Notes: a model not told the origin generated them from the sequence alone. Counted from the stretch's first letter, positions 39,144 to 53,827 are shown. The stretch is 64,000 nucleotides of DNA from Octopus vulgaris (GCA_951406725.2 OX597814.1:24614001-24678000), one strand, 5' to 3'. A program made the numbers and translations.

Positions 39144-39649
39144 ACTAACTTCATACATATAGATAAATATGTATCAGTTTGTGCAGGTTTGACTATAATA
39201 CATATCTGCACACTCACTTGCAGACACATTCTCACATATGCACACATACATGTGCATATACACTTACACAAAACCCATTCTCATCATTACAAATGCCCAT
39301 ATTTTCTTTCCCTGTTAACAATATTAACATGCACATATGAACAAACAAATCTAGCTATTAAAATATATACTTGTATTTTATATAGTTTTAGGTATATTTC
39401 AACTCATTATATTATATCTTATGTTTGTATATTTGTATCCTGATATGTTATATTATAGGGAAAAAGAGAGAGAGAGAGAGAAAAGAAAAGAATCAAGGAA
39501 GGAAAATGGTAAAGCATCTTCTTAGCATATTGTATTGGAGGTGATGTGGTAGAATCAATTCTTCTTGTCTGCCTTTTATACACTTCACTGAGCTATTCAG
39601 TATTAGCTTTCTACAAGACTGGATGGACCAGCTACAGTTTTCTAATGCT

Positions 39650-39845
39650 TTTTTTCTACCACCATCCTCCTTCCTCCAGCACCACCACTACTACCACCAG
39701 AACTCCATTCCCCCTTCAGCACTGCCACCACCACTACCACTACCACCAGAACTGCTGGCACCACCACCACCACCACCATCACCACAACCACAACCAGCAA
39801 CACTATTACCACCACCTCTTCCAGAACCAGTACCACCACCAGCAG

Positions 39846-39878
<33 letters not shown>

Positions 39879-41283
39879 CAGAACTACCACTGACCATACC
39901 TCCACCACCTCCATCAACAGAACCACCACAATCACAACCAGTGCCATGATCACCATCGCCATCAGAATCAGCACCAGCAGAACTACCAGACCCGCAGCCA
40001 CCACCATCACCATCATGATCAACCATCTATATACCATTACCTCCGCCATCAGTATTTTCACCGTCACCACCACCACAACCCCTGCTGTAGCTTCCACTAT
40101 AACTAAAACCATCACAGCTACAACCAGCACTAGCATCACCATCACCACCATCATCATAAACAAGTATCTATATACCATTACCACCATCAACACTACCAAC
40201 CGCACCTGTGCCACCCCAAGCATCAATGCCATTAGAACCACCACCACCTATGTTACCACCACAACCATCACCAAAATTATCCATACCTTCATCTACCATC
40301 AATGTATACCTCCTCTCTCATGACAATGACGTCAATGATGATGACCACCACCACCATCACCATCACCATCATTATCATCATCATCGTTGTTGTCATTATC
40401 AATGCAATTATACCATCAATGTCATCTATACCTGCAATCATCAATACAATTATCACTACCAATACCATCAGAACTACCCCTACTGCTACCACCATCAGTG
40501 CAACACTAACATCATCAATACCAACAACAACAACAACAACAATGCTGTGCCACCACCATCAGTAAAACTACAACCACTACAACCACCACCACTGCCATCA
40601 TTCATACCACCTCCACCACTGCTACTGGCTGCCTTGATAGGAAATTCAATTTTAAATATTTATTCATTTTCTGTTTTCTCCCACTTATTTGCACCAGTCA
40701 CCACCACCAACACCACCACCACTACCAACAACAGCAACAACATCAGCACCACCACCAACACCACCACCACTACCAACAACAGCAACAACATCAGCACCTC
40801 CACCAACACCACCACCACTACCAACAACAGCAACAACATCAGCACCACCACCACCACCACAACAACAACAACCATCATCACCGCAATCATAGCCTAAATT
40901 GCCTTCACCACCACCAACATCAGCACCATCACCATCATCAGCAACACCACCACCATCAGCACCACCACCACCACCATCAGCACCACCACCACCATCAGCA
41001 CCACCACCGCCATCAGCAACACCACCGCCATCAACAGCACCACCACCACCACCATCAGCAGCACCACCACCATCGCCATCACCACCACCATCAGCACTGC
41101 CACCACCATCAGCACCACCACCACCATCAGCACTGCCACCACCATCAGCACCACCACCACCACCATCAGCAACACCACCGCCATCAACAGCACCACCACC
41201 ATCAGCAGCACCACCACCATCATCACCTCCACAATCATAGCCTACACTGCCTACACCACCACCACCATCACCACCACCACCAC

Positions 41284-41316
<33 letters not shown>

Positions 41317-41360
41317 ACACTACAAATGCTGTTGCTGCTGCTGCTGCTACTACTACTACC
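39650..41360. repeat. Degenerate (CCA/CAA/CAT)n region with 48-bp and 18-bp higher-order units
   Basis: Three 48-bp units at ~40700-40850; CATCAGCACCACCACCAC array at ~40917-41225; in-frame stops in the Pro-rich frame. Confidence 0.85.
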
Positions 41361-41734
41361 TCAAGTCATATGCCTCGTTCTATTTGATTATTTTTTTATT
41401 CTAAATCTTGAGCACATTTTATATTTCTCTTTTCTTGTTTCTTGGATTTTATGGTCCTTTTTTCTATTTTCTTTTTTTCCCCCATTCTTCACTTCTGTAT
41501 CCCCACCCCCTCATCCATAGTGTCCATATTGTGGGACATTCCATTTTGTAATTTTTTCTTCTTTATTCTTTTGTAGATTTTAATTTTTTTTTATTTTTAT
41601 ACTTTATTTTCATTTCTCTTCATTTTAATACACAGAAGCTTTCCTTCCGTCTTACATGATGTTGCTTATGTTGTTTCTTTCTTTATTTCTTTTACACTTC
41701 TATGCTCAATTTATATTCCCATTTCATATGCTAG

Positions 41735-41829
41735 AGCCGAGCCTTCTCCAAGATTTAGCTGCATTTTGTAATGGCTCCCCTTGCCATGCCACTAGCTGGC
41801 TCCATGTAATAGCTACTGGAGACAAATGA
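41735..41829 (+). other. Candidate terminal coding exon (phase 1)
   Basis: Follows a long pyrimidine-rich tract and TGCTAG acceptor; reads [31 protein letters not shown]; GC-richer than flanks. Confidence 0.25.
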
Positions 41830-41854
41830 CACTCTTACTACACAGAAGACCATT

Positions 41855-41995
41855 ATGTGTGTATACATACATACACACACACACACATACACTCATTATA
41901 CATACATGCCATATATATATATGTGTGTGTGTGTGTGTATGTGTGTGTGTATGTGTGTGTATATATATATATATGTGTGTGTGCGTGTAAATATA

Positions 41996-42048
<53 letters not shown>

Positions 42049-42193
42049 ATATCTATATGTATGTATGTATATATCTATATGTATGTATGCATATATCTAT
42101 ATGTATGTATGCATGTATGTATATATCTATATGTATGTATGTATGTATATATCTATATGTATGTATGGATATATCTATATATATGTATGTATG

Positions 42194-42241
<48 letters not shown>

Positions 42242-42679
42242 CATATATCTATATCTATATATATATATATATATATATGAATTTAGGGAAAGAGAAGGAA
42301 ATATAAAAACACAGCAGTTCACCGATTGAAAATGAAGGAAAAAAAATGGAAGGAAAAAAAAAAACGATGAGGGAGAAATGTGAAATTGGAGAATAAACTT
42401 TGAAGAAACGATTGGTTAAAAATAAAATAAAATAAAATAAAATAAAATAAAATAAAACTAGATACAAAAGAAAGGCAGAGAAAGATACTGGTCCTGAAAT
42501 TATATGCAACCACACAGAAGCCATTACTTGACAAACACCTACATGCATGCTGACATCATAGACACACATACTCTTAAAAGTCTGCAGGTACATATATGTA
42601 AAGTTATAATTACACACCTCGGCAAAAGTGCATGAATACATAAACATATTCATGCATATAGATATATACTTACACACAT

Positions 42680-42715
<36 letters not shown>

Positions 42716-42760
42716 GTATGTATGTATGTATGTATATATATAAATATATACATACATACT

Positions 42761-42822
<62 letters not shown>

Positions 42823-42850
42823 TACATGCATACATATATATATATATGTA
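41855..42850. repeat. TA/TG/TATG microsatellite blocks
   Basis: Direct inspection. Confidence 0.9.
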
Positions 42851-43471
42851 TATACCAACATGGGAAATAAAAAGCAAGAAGAAAACAAGTGTACAGATGT
42901 TATATTGCTTAAATTGTTTTCTCTGTCTTATTTCTCAGAGTGATTTAATTGTTTTTTCTTCCATTTACATGGCTTTTGTTTGATTATATAGGTATGTGTG
43001 AGTGTGTGTGTGCATGTATGAGTGCTTTTTGTGTCTATGACTACAGACTGTTTACGTGAATGCATATATATATATATATATATATAAGTGTGTGTGTGTA
43101 TGTGTGTTTGGTTGTGTGTTTTTTCAAGTATTTTTTGTTCTTTTTTGCTTATAGGTGGAGGGTGTTTGAGGTAAAATTAGATTTCTATCTGAACTGAAAG
43201 CTACAATGGCTATTGTGATGAAGGTTGGTGAAGGATATGCACTGATAGATGTATTTTGAAAACTGAATGATATAGTATCTTAGTTTAAACCACTTTGGCT
43301 GATTTGCAATCAGATTCCATACTCTCATCTCTTATACAATTTTCTCTTTGAAACATTGTGAGAGGTTGGTGTATTTTTCCTTAAACCTAACAGAAATTTT
43401 CAGTAAAAACAGTATTCATTTTAAGCACATTTTCAAACTGACATCCACATGTTTCCATCCATCAATCCCAC

Positions 43472-43521
<50 letters not shown>

Positions 43522-43699
43522 AGAGAGACCAATAGAAAGAACAGTTCAAAGACTCGAGTTGAACTCATTATAAGCGCTTTGCAGAGAGTCCAGCTATCAG
43601 GTAACAAAGTAATTAAGTTTAAGGTGCAATTTAACTCTATCCTGCATGAAAAGATTCAGGAAACACAATTGTATAATACTAATCAATTGAAAAATAAGC

Positions 43700-43880
43700 A
43701 ATATTTTATTCTGTATTTTTATAGCTGTTTTATAATCAACATACATCGATGCTGATGCACAAAAGTGTATAAGGTGAATGTGATGTATATACAATTGGTA
43801 AGCGATTTAAAATCAACATCAATGATGTAAATGAACGTTGATTATAAAACAGCTGTAATCATACAAAACAAATTACCTTT
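43700..43880. repeat. Imperfect inverted repeat
   Basis: AGCTGTTTTATAATCAAC / GTTGATTATAAAACAGCT core with degenerate extension. Confidence 0.7.
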
Positions 43881-46774
43881 TACTTCTCACTTCTGGATTT
43901 TAACTGATGATACACACACACACACATTCACACACATATGTATATATATATATAATCATTTTAAGGTCCGTTTTACCATCCTTTCTTCAGTTGTATGGAA
44001 TTTATTGAAATAAATTTTCCCCTGTCGGATGTCCTCCCTGTCACCAACCATCACTTGTTTTCATATAAATTAATATGTCCTCATAGTTGGGTATCGCTAG
44101 TATGATGGGAATCGAGATGGATGCCGTGCTTGAGGAACACAGGTCATGGCCTCGTAGGTGGTGTATATTAGTTTGGTGGGGAGAATGAAGGAAATGTCTA
44201 AAACTATTGACAATAAGATAGCTGCCTTCCGTATTTCAGCATATGTGAAGAAGCATCTGCTAGAGAAAAGATTAGTGAAAAACAGGTCAATAGCAAAAGA
44301 AATGGGTCATGAGTTATGGAACATATTGTGTACTGTATCACACAAGAAAACAAGTATATGAGGATATACACATAAACTCAATCCCCTGCACTTATCTTGG
44401 CCTATTGCTGTTTTGGGTATTTATATCTATTCTAAAAGTTTGTCAATGAAAAGTGTCAGACACTTACAACCTGTTAGTCTGCAAGTCAGCCTGCTCACAG
44501 AAGAGTCGGCTGTTGATGTTCTCTGCACTACAATTTTCTGAGTGATTAGACTTATCTCTCAGTAGATTAGTCAACATGGTGATAAATAAGTACCATGGGA
44601 AAGTTGCATGTACAATTATAAGAGATAGAACTATGATAGTGTATATATTTAATTAGTTTCAAAACTTCAAATAACTGTAATTCTGTTCAGAGGGTTCTGC
44701 ACTCAGTAACGTAATTTATATTGTGGGTAAAACATGAGAGAAATACAGAAAATTGATAAAGAATAAGTTTCTATGGTTATCTCATACAAAAATGAAATAC
44801 TATTGTTAATAATTAATCTTAATTCAACCGAATGCAAGCAGACCTGCAGTTGCAGGCATTTACACCATGACCACCTCATCCTTCAGTTTTCAGATATGAT
44901 ACATCTAGAACTACATTATCTCATTCTGCCATTCCTAGGACAAACATGTATGTTTTGAGTTGGATTTCTAGTAGTTTAAGTGAACATATTGAGGCTCCCT
45001 TTCTAGTACATGGCAACATTCAAACTGATCCATGGTGGCTTGCTTGCTCATGCTATTCACATCATGTTTTTCTTTCTTGCAATTCTCAGCAACAGAATAA
45101 AGCTCTGCAAGTCATTTTCTCATTTAGGCATTCAACTGTCATTGTGCCTTATTTTCAATTAAATTTCATTGCTCTTGTGAAACTTTTGATTACACTATTT
45201 TCACATACAAGCTATTTAATACACAACCTCACCAACTTCTAACATGCCACGTTTACTGATCATGGATTAATCTGTAAATTGTGTACAGTGCTACATTCCT
45301 TTTATTTTATTGTAGAGCATTATTTCTTGCCTTGCATTTGTATGGAAAACTGAACTGCAACTCCTCTTTCTCTATATTCAATGGACTGAATCTTATTCAG
45401 TCTTTACATCTTTCAACTATATAAAGATGCTTAATTCTTTTAGAAGTAACATCTCAGTAAATAACAATGAATGATTTTAAACATTATTATACTCACAGAC
45501 ATTTAAATATTCAGAAAGGATCGAAATCATAAATATGTAGAATAAAGGATAAAAATCTGCAAAAGGAAAATCATTTGTATACATACTCAAAGAATTATCA
45601 TCGTTAAGTGGAAGTGAACAAAAAAGTTAAATTATACTATCAACCATTTTATTGAATAAAAGAAAATTGTCCATCTTTATTTTTTAGATGAGAGTCAGAG
45701 GATAAAGAAATAATTCTTAATAGTCATTACAACAAAGGATTACTATATATAAAGCTGCCAATTTTTTTTCATATATCAACTGTATTTAAAACACTAATCC
45801 TTTCACTGGGCTAAAAGACCTCTCTTAAACGATGTACTTTATATAAAGGTTTTGTCTCTTACTGCTACTATCTTTTCTAATGTAAACAGCTTACAGCTCA
45901 AGTGTCTCGTGTAAACATTGTTTTACTTGCTTCATTGTTACAGGAGTGCAGGTTTCTCTAAATTTGAACAGCTAATTCTTAATAGCTGTTTCAACTGAGA
46001 ATTGCAATATATAAAGCTGAAAAATGCTTCTTTCTTTTTCTCAACGATACTTGAAACTATTTTAGTTGTTAAATATCCATCATTCATTTAAGAAGTAATT
46101 ATATCAGATCACAATGAAAAGCCTGGTAAATATCTTACAATTACACAACAACACCAGTCATGAATTTTTAATTGCAAGAAATGAATAAAGAAAAAACAAA
46201 CACACTCATACATAAATCACAAAGACAAACTTTAAATATTGGAATATTAAGTCTCTGAAGTAGATAAGTTCTTGCTACTTAGTAACATATATTTAAATGA
46301 TATATAGTAAGGGAAATATTTATACCATATATGTTGGTGATGGAGTTTGGAACATAAAATACCTATATTTGGATCTCTCTTCCACTATATTCATATTAAG
46401 TCTCCCTGTCACCAACTATATTCATAACTATCTACCACTCCACCTCTCTCCATTGCTCTATTAATTAGCACTCACTCCCTCATTAATTACTGTGCCTCCA
46501 TTTTTATCATTTCATATCTCTTTTCCTTCATGATGCTCATGTAATGAGGAATGGCAACATGTTGTTTCCACCTATATCTCTCCCTTATCATCATCCATCT
46601 TCATTGTCACAAATTATTCTCCAAATTATTACTCCTGCCTCTGACTCATTGCTAACATCCACTACTTTCTCCCTCACTCTCTCTCCAACATTATTTCTTC
46701 TCTCAAGCTCATCTCTCTCTCTTGTCTCTCATTGTTCATCATCTGGTCTGGGTAACTTCTAGGGCAAATGGCTA

Positions 46775-47165
46775 TATTCTTTTATCTTTTATTTGTTTCA
46801 GTCATTTGATTGCAACCATGCTGGAACACTGCCTGTAGTCAAACAAATCAATCCCAGTACTTATTCTATTGGTCTCTTTTGCCAAACCCGCTAAGTTATG
46901 GGGATGTAAACACACCAACATTGGTTGTCAAGCAATGGTGGGAGGACAACACAGACACACAAACACACACACGCACTCACGCACACACACACACATACAT
47001 ACAACGAGCTTCTTTCAGTTTCCGTCTGCCGTATCCACTCACAAGACTTTGGTCAGCCCAAGGCTATAGTAGAAGACAATTTCCCAAAGTGCAACAGAGT
47101 GAAACTGAACCCAGAACCATGTTGGCTTGGAAGCAGGCTTCGTACCACACAGCCATGCCTGTGCC
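46775..47165 (-). mobile_element. SINE family C (older copy)
   Basis: Colinear with 12672-13083. Confidence 0.8.
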
Positions 47166-47497
47166 TCTCTACGAACAATCCTTATTTACTTGTCTTTCAC
47201 TTTCTCGCTCCTTTTCATTTCCTTGTTTTCTATCATCTGCTTCCTCAAATCACCCTGTTTCTCTTCTGTTTTTTTCTTAGTCAGTCAAGGCACAGACAAC
47301 ATACACACACACACTTAAAATATGTATACATACATGTATACACACACTCACATGATATTTGCATACATGCAAACATACACACATACTGTAGAGTTCTTTT
47401 CAGTTTTCATCTACCAAATTTTCTCACAAAGCTTTATCCAGCCTGGGGCTAGACTGTTGGTCATACATGTGTGTATGTGTGTGTGTACTAGTAGTGT

Positions 47498-47819
47498 TGT
47501 GAAAGCGCGTGGCTTAGTGGTTAGGGTATTCGGTTCACAATTGTAAGGTCGTGAGTTCAATTCCTGGCGATGCGTTGTGTCCTTGAGCAAGACACTTTAT
47601 TTCACATTGCTCCAGTCCACTCAGCTGGCAAAAATGAGTTGTACCTGTATTTCAAAGGGCCAGCCTTGTCACACTCTGTGTCATGCTGAATCTCCCTGAG
47701 AACTACATTAGGGGTAAACATGTCTGTGGAGTGCTCAGTCACTTGCACGTTAATTTCATGAGCAGGCTGTTCTGTTGTTTGTATCAGCTGGGATCCTTGT
47801 CGTCGTAATCGACGGAGAA
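47498..47819 (+). mobile_element. tRNA-derived SINE family D, full length
   Basis: GCGTGGCTTAGTGGTTAGG A-box, GAGTTCAATTCC B-box, CCTTGAGCAAGACACTT core. Confidence 0.85.
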
Positions 47820-50129
47820 TTCCTTTTGTTCCTAATGTTGAGAAGATGATCATCTGCATAGTGAACAGTTCTTTTATTAAATTTCTCAATAACAATAAGC
47901 TTGTTCTTATTTGTTGCTGGATTTTATGCATCTGTCACATAGCCAAAGTTTCTTAAAAAATGTTCAATTATACTCTGCAAGTTCAACAAATGCTTCATTC
48001 TACTACAACAGCTAGCCATTCTAACCTAAATTATATGTAACAGCACTAAAATATACCCATCTTTGTACATTCAACAAAAATCTGGAATGCTTAAACTAAA
48101 CTAATCCTTCTATGAAACTGAGTTCTTGTTCACAAACTAGTATGCTATTCTCAGATTCCAGTCCAACCTGTCTTTTCACCTTCAACTATTAACGTGGAAG
48201 AGTTATAGTTGGTTAACAATCCTACCAATTCTATTTTGTTTTCTTTATATTTCAATTTGAAAATGAGGAAAGAGGCTATGGGCATTATCTTCTTCCACAA
48301 GATAACAGAAGCAAAAATAATAAATTACTTTTATGTACTTAGAGACAGAAATCTAGGTAAAACTTTATAAGGTAATTATAAATTTTAAACTCGTAAACAA
48401 CTTTTTCTTTGCAATTTCAGAGCTGCTAGAAAACTGATATGAAATGAGAGATAAAAAAAAACCTAGTGAGTAAGTATATTGCCTGATAATTCGGTTTCCT
48501 TTTTGTGCAATTCAAATTTATTATTCAATCCAATTTTGGTGACTGAATTGTTGCAGCATAAATCAAGTTTGCAGAAAAAGCGATTAAAAAATTTCATGTG
48601 ATTTGGTTGAAGTGCTTCTTTTAGCTAAACAAAAATGTCCTTCTCCTGCATTTAGAAGAATTTTAACATTTTTTTCAACATTGGTTACATGCTTTTGTTG
48701 CCATTCCCATTTAACTTAGTCATTATCTTTTAATAACTCTTTTGGTTTGGGTGAAACTTACTAAGAGTTGCTATGTATTTATACTAACTGCCTTTGTTAT
48801 TTTAAAGTACTGTTACTACATACATGGAAACATTTAACAGAAGTTCTGACTTACAAAAAAGAAATACAAAAGTTACATTAGTATTATGGGAATAAAAAAT
48901 CAATTGACTTTAAAGAATTGAAAGAGTTTTATAGAGAAATCAGAAATGAATCAAGTTGATAAATTACTGGAATTCATAAAAAGAAAAAAATTACCTGAAA
49001 TAAATTTCTTAAACAAATACCTGATTAAATTCTAAATTTTCTAAAAAAACGAGAAAGAAATTAATATTTCTTTTTACAGTCATAGAACAGAAATCAGTAA
49101 TTTAAAAACGTTTCTGTAATTTCTTTCTGTATGCTGGATGAACAGCGTTTAGAAAATATGTCTGTGTATGTATATGGGAGTATAAAAGAGGAATTGAAGT
49201 TTGCTTTATTAGATCTAAGATTACTTTTCTGACAGAGAACTTCTTTTAATTAGGAAAATGACTGAAGTATAAATAAATATTCTGCAAAACTGATTTTAAA
49301 TTTTAATTTGAGTGAACCCTTTGAGAGAAGTGACATGAGGCAGTAAGTACAAATTCGTATGTGAGCCATTTTTGTAATATAGATAAAAATGACTTCTTTA
49401 GGGAATATGTTGGCAACTTTGCATAACAGAAAATGTGATTAGGTAGAAGTGTGAGGTTTCTGGCAACAATGGGGTTTCCACACAATAAAATGTTTAAACA
49501 TTAACTACACCTGTTCAGTCTTCATTTACTTAGGGAAAACATGTGGAAACTAGGGAAAGGCTATGTTTCATTACTGTGCTTACTGAAAATAGAGTAAATG
49601 AATGCAAGCTTGACTGATTAATTAAGAAGTTAACTTTAAAATCATGAGATTCTGGGTTCAAATTCAATGTGTGATACCATGGGCAAGTGTCTTTTAGCAC
49701 AGCTTTATGTTGACTCAAACTTTGTGAGAAAAATTGGGTGAGATGGAAACAGTGTATATGTCTACTTATGAACTTTACTGGTAACTCAAAGGGTAAAGCT
49801 TGTCTCATATTTTGTCACACTGATTTGTACCAGACATTTTTGTTAAGGGAACATGTGTCTGTGGAATACTCAGCCACTTGCACTATTTTTCAATGAAGTG
49901 GTAGGTGACTAAATAATAGCACCAAACACCCTCCTCACAGAGTATGCTCTGTGAAGTTGATTTAGTCACTGACTAAATATGATTAGTATAACTTGTTATT
50001 TGCTGAGATATTTGTGTGCAATCATCATTATCATATCCACTACCATCACCACCACCACCATCATCATCATCAGCCTTATCGTCATCGTTATCCTCATTAT
50101 TATTTTGCTGGTGCTTAGGAGCCAGTCTC

Positions 50130-50785
50130 AAATGTTTTTCATGTGCCACCAGCACAAGTGCCAGTAACGACACTGGTAACGATCATGTTTGAATGGTACT
50201 TTTTACGTGCCACTGGCACAGAAACCAGTCAGCTGCTCTGGCAGCGATCACGCTCGGATGGTGCTCTTAACGCTCCACTGGCATGGGTGCCAGTCATTGA
50301 ATTTGATTTCGATTTAACTTGCTTCAACATGCCTTCGCAAGCAGAGTTTAGTGTCCAATGAAGGAAAGGTACGCATAAGTGGGCTGGTTACACCCCTGGC
50401 ATAGGCCACAGGTTATGGTCTCACTTGGCTTGCCAGGTCTTCTCATGCACTGCATATTTCCAAAGGTCTCGGTCACTAGTCATTGCCTTGGTGAGGCCTA
50501 ATGTTCGAAGGTCGTGCTTGACCACCTCATCCCAGGTCTTCCTGGGTCTACTTCTTTCACAGGTTCCCTCAACTGCTAGGGAGTAGCACTTTTTCACACA
50601 GCTATCCACATCCATTCTCGCCACATGACCACACCAGTGCAGTCATTTCTCTTGTACACCACTTCTGATGCTTCTTAAGTCCAACTTTTCTCTCAAGGCA
50701 CTAACACTGTCAAGTATACATGCTACATTACACATCCAACAGAGCATACTGACTTTGTTCCTTGCGTGCTTACACATGTCCTCAG
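50130..50785 (-). mobile_element. RTE LINE ORF end plus 3' UTR
   Basis: RMDVDSCVKKC...RSRPRKTWDEVVKHDL...DRDLWK. Confidence 0.85.
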
Positions 50786-51167
50786 CAGTCATGATAATGA
50801 TGGCAGAATTATCAGCATTGGAAAAACGTTTCGTAGCATTTGTTGTGGCTCTTTACCTGCTGAATCCAAATCTCACTGGGGTTAACTTTGTCTTCATCCC
50901 CACTGAGATCAATAAAGTACTATTTAAGTGGTGAGGTCAGTGGTAATGAGATAACCCACCCATAAAATTTGATGGCCTTGTGTCTATATCAAATTATTTT
51001 CAATTATTCACCTAAGCATCCAAACACAAAGTGGTTTGGAAATCTAAGGATTTTCTTTGTGAAACTAGACAACAGTTTTGAAAATCAGAATAGTGTCAGC
51101 ACAATTCAAGGAAATTTCTGATGGAAGAATTCATGGAAATGCTTCTCTTTTGATTGCTATAATTTAA

Positions 51168-51389
51168 CCCTTTCAGTACCAACCCAGCTGAAACTGCCTC
51201 TGGATCTTTAGTACAAATGTTTTGTTTTCATAAGTTTAGAATTAAAATCTTCCACCAAACCTTAGTCACAATTTATGTTCCTAACACTAGCTGAATGATA
51301 ACTAAGTTATTCTACTAAATTCTTTGTTATATTTAAAATTAATTGAAAGAAACACAGAGCACCTCAAAATAAATATGGTAATGAAAGGG
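51168..51389. mobile_element. piggyBac-type MITE
   Basis: TTAA|CCCTTTCAGTACC ... GGTAATGAAAGGG|TTAA. Confidence 0.85.
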
Positions 51390-51937
51390 TTAAATAAATG
51401 TTTTATGGGAGATGAAATGCAGTTGTATAATATTGGAAAATTGTAGGTTTTAAGTGGTCTTAAGGAAAGAGCAGATTAGAAATAGTAAGTTCAGAGGAGA
51501 AATAGACTAGAGTTTAACAAAACCAAGATGTTGAAAGATGCTAATGAACTACATGTGTATATGTGAATGTGTATGTACGTAGATGCAGGCTCGGCTGAGT
51601 AGGTGTGTGTGTGTACACTGACAAAAATAATCCTCTAAAAACTGTGATTAAAATGTAGTTTTATGTCTTCCTCTTTTGAAAATATCTAAACTTTATATTG
51701 ATCACTTTTTAAATTTATAAAAATTTCTGATTTCTGTTCTAATCAAGTAAATCATTCGCAGAATTTAACTTTGACAAATCAAAAATCCTACATAATTTCT
51801 CTATTTTCTTTCAAATTGCTCAAAGAGATGAGTACTTTTGTCCTATCTTACAGATAACTATTCCTATTCTATACATTTTCAACAGATTTACACACACACA
51901 TACATGTGCACACACACACTCACATGCACACACACAC

Positions 51938-51973
<36 letters not shown>

Positions 51974-52374
51974 CTTGTGCACACATGCATGTATATATAT
52001 TTCTTTCTTATTTCGATTATATATATTTACACATAAATATATATATTGTAAATATATAATCATCATTTAACATCCATGTTCCATGCTAGCATGAGTGCGA
52101 CGGTACCACAAGAGCCAGCCAAGTGGAAGCCTGCACTGGACTTCTGTAACTGTTTTGGCAGGGTTTTCACAGCTGGAAGCCCTTCCTAACACCAACCACT
52201 CAGCAGAGTGGACTATGTATATATGAATGATGATGATGATGACGATATATATATGTCTTTTTTTTAAAAAATACACAGACTCACACACACACATATATAT
52301 ATATAGTTGAAATTTACAGAAAAGCAAATTACGAAGACAAGTGTATTAATTTAACACTCGGGAAGGTGAGAAAA

Positions 52375-52410
52375 TCTTTTACGTTTTGAGCCTATGCTCT
52401 TCAACAGAAA
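52375..52410 (-). ncRNA. Second, decayed copy of the CUGUUGA hammerhead-like motif
   Basis: Reverse complement TTT-CTGTTGA-A-GAGC-ATAG-GCTC-AAAAC-GTA-AAAGA; G12 mutated; TA-flanked element ~52300-52465. Confidence 0.45.
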
Positions 52411-52723
52411 AGAACATAAGGAAATAAACAGAGAGAGAAAAAACTTTTGGAGATAGCAATCAATCATATATATATATACATATATATTTATATATATATT
52501 TATATGTATATACATAGATACACACACACATATATGTATCACCTTCATCATCAACATTCTATGTCTATTTTCCATGCTGGCATGGTTTGGATGGCTTGAC
52601 AGGAAATGGCAAAGCCAGGGTCACATCAGGTTCCATAGTGCACTTTGGCTTACTTTCTATGGCCAGACACCCTTCCTAACACCAACCAGTTTACAGAGTG
52701 AATTGGGTAGTTTTTACTTGATG

Positions 52724-52957
52724 CCTATTTCTTTACTACCCACAAGGGGCTAAACGCTGAGGGGAAAAACAAGGACAGATGAACGGATTAAGTCAATTAT
52801 ATCGACCCCAGTGCATAACTGGTACTTGTTTAATCGACCCCGAGAGGATGAAAGGTAAAGTCGACCTTGGCAGAATTTGAGCTCAGAACGCAGTGGCGGA
52901 CGAAATACCACAAAGCATTTCGCCTGGCGTGCTAACGTTGCAGCCAGCTCGCCACCT
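52724..52957 (-). mobile_element. SINE family B inserted into an RTE tail (52543-53030)
   Basis: Full-length body; 15-bp TSD TTTTTACTTGAT(G/A)CC. Confidence 0.85.
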
Positions 52958-53484
52958 TTTTTACTTGATACCATCACCAGTGCCTTTTACATGGCATCAG
53001 CATCCATACCAATGATTTTTACATGGCACCTCGGTTTCATATATATAAAAAGCAAAGTTTTATTATATAAAACATAGCCAGAACTTGCAGGTGAGTATAA
53101 GTGAGTAACCTTGCACCAAGCTTTAACTAATAGTTACACATGCCTATGTATTTGACAAGATTTGTCTTTAGGCTTGCAGTTAGGAGTAAGTACAATAGCA
53201 TGGCCTGGTGAGACCAAAATGCATCTGGCATAATCACTAGCCACTGCCAAGCCAGTTTCCATCTCTCTCTAATATATACATTGTTTCTGAACTCAACACA
53301 TTCAAAATAAGAGGTTATCTCTAGAGAAATACCACAGTAAATTTGCCTTTCAGTGATGTATTTACATTAAGCATGTTACATAGATTTTATACACACACAC
53401 ATACTCACGCATGCTAAATAAAGCTTACAGTACACTCTGACTTGCCTATCAATTATTTAATATATATATATACATAAAAAAGGG

Positions 53485-53827
53485 TAATGGGCAAAGATCC
53501 CCATCGGTCATGAATGACCATGGGATTGCATCTAGAAATTTCCCCTCCAAGACACAAGTCCATGCAAGATTGTTTATGGAAGACCAACAGTCACCCATGC
53601 ATACCACCTTCCCCTCTTGATGCCACCGATGTTATCCAAGGGAAAGACAAAGACCAATACAACTTGGCATCAGTGACATTGCAACTCATTTTTACAAATG
53701 AGTGTATTGGAGCAACATGAAATAAAGTGCCTTGCTCAAGAACTCAACACACAGCCTGACCCAGGAATCGAACTAACTACCTCATGATTGTGAGCACAAT
53801 GCTCTAACCATTGAGCCATGCACCTTT
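53485..53827 (-). mobile_element. tRNA-derived SINE (D-type head, different tail)
   Basis: Reverse complement GGTGCATGGCTCAATGGTTAG...AGTTCGATTCC, CTTGAGCAAGGCACTT core. Confidence 0.75.

Noticed and set aside
40685-41320. 211-aa Gly/Asp/Ala-rich minus-strand ORF and overlapping Val- or Pro-rich ORFs
   Set aside because: Several frames on both strands are open because of the trinucleotide repeat; no signal peptide, splice or domain support
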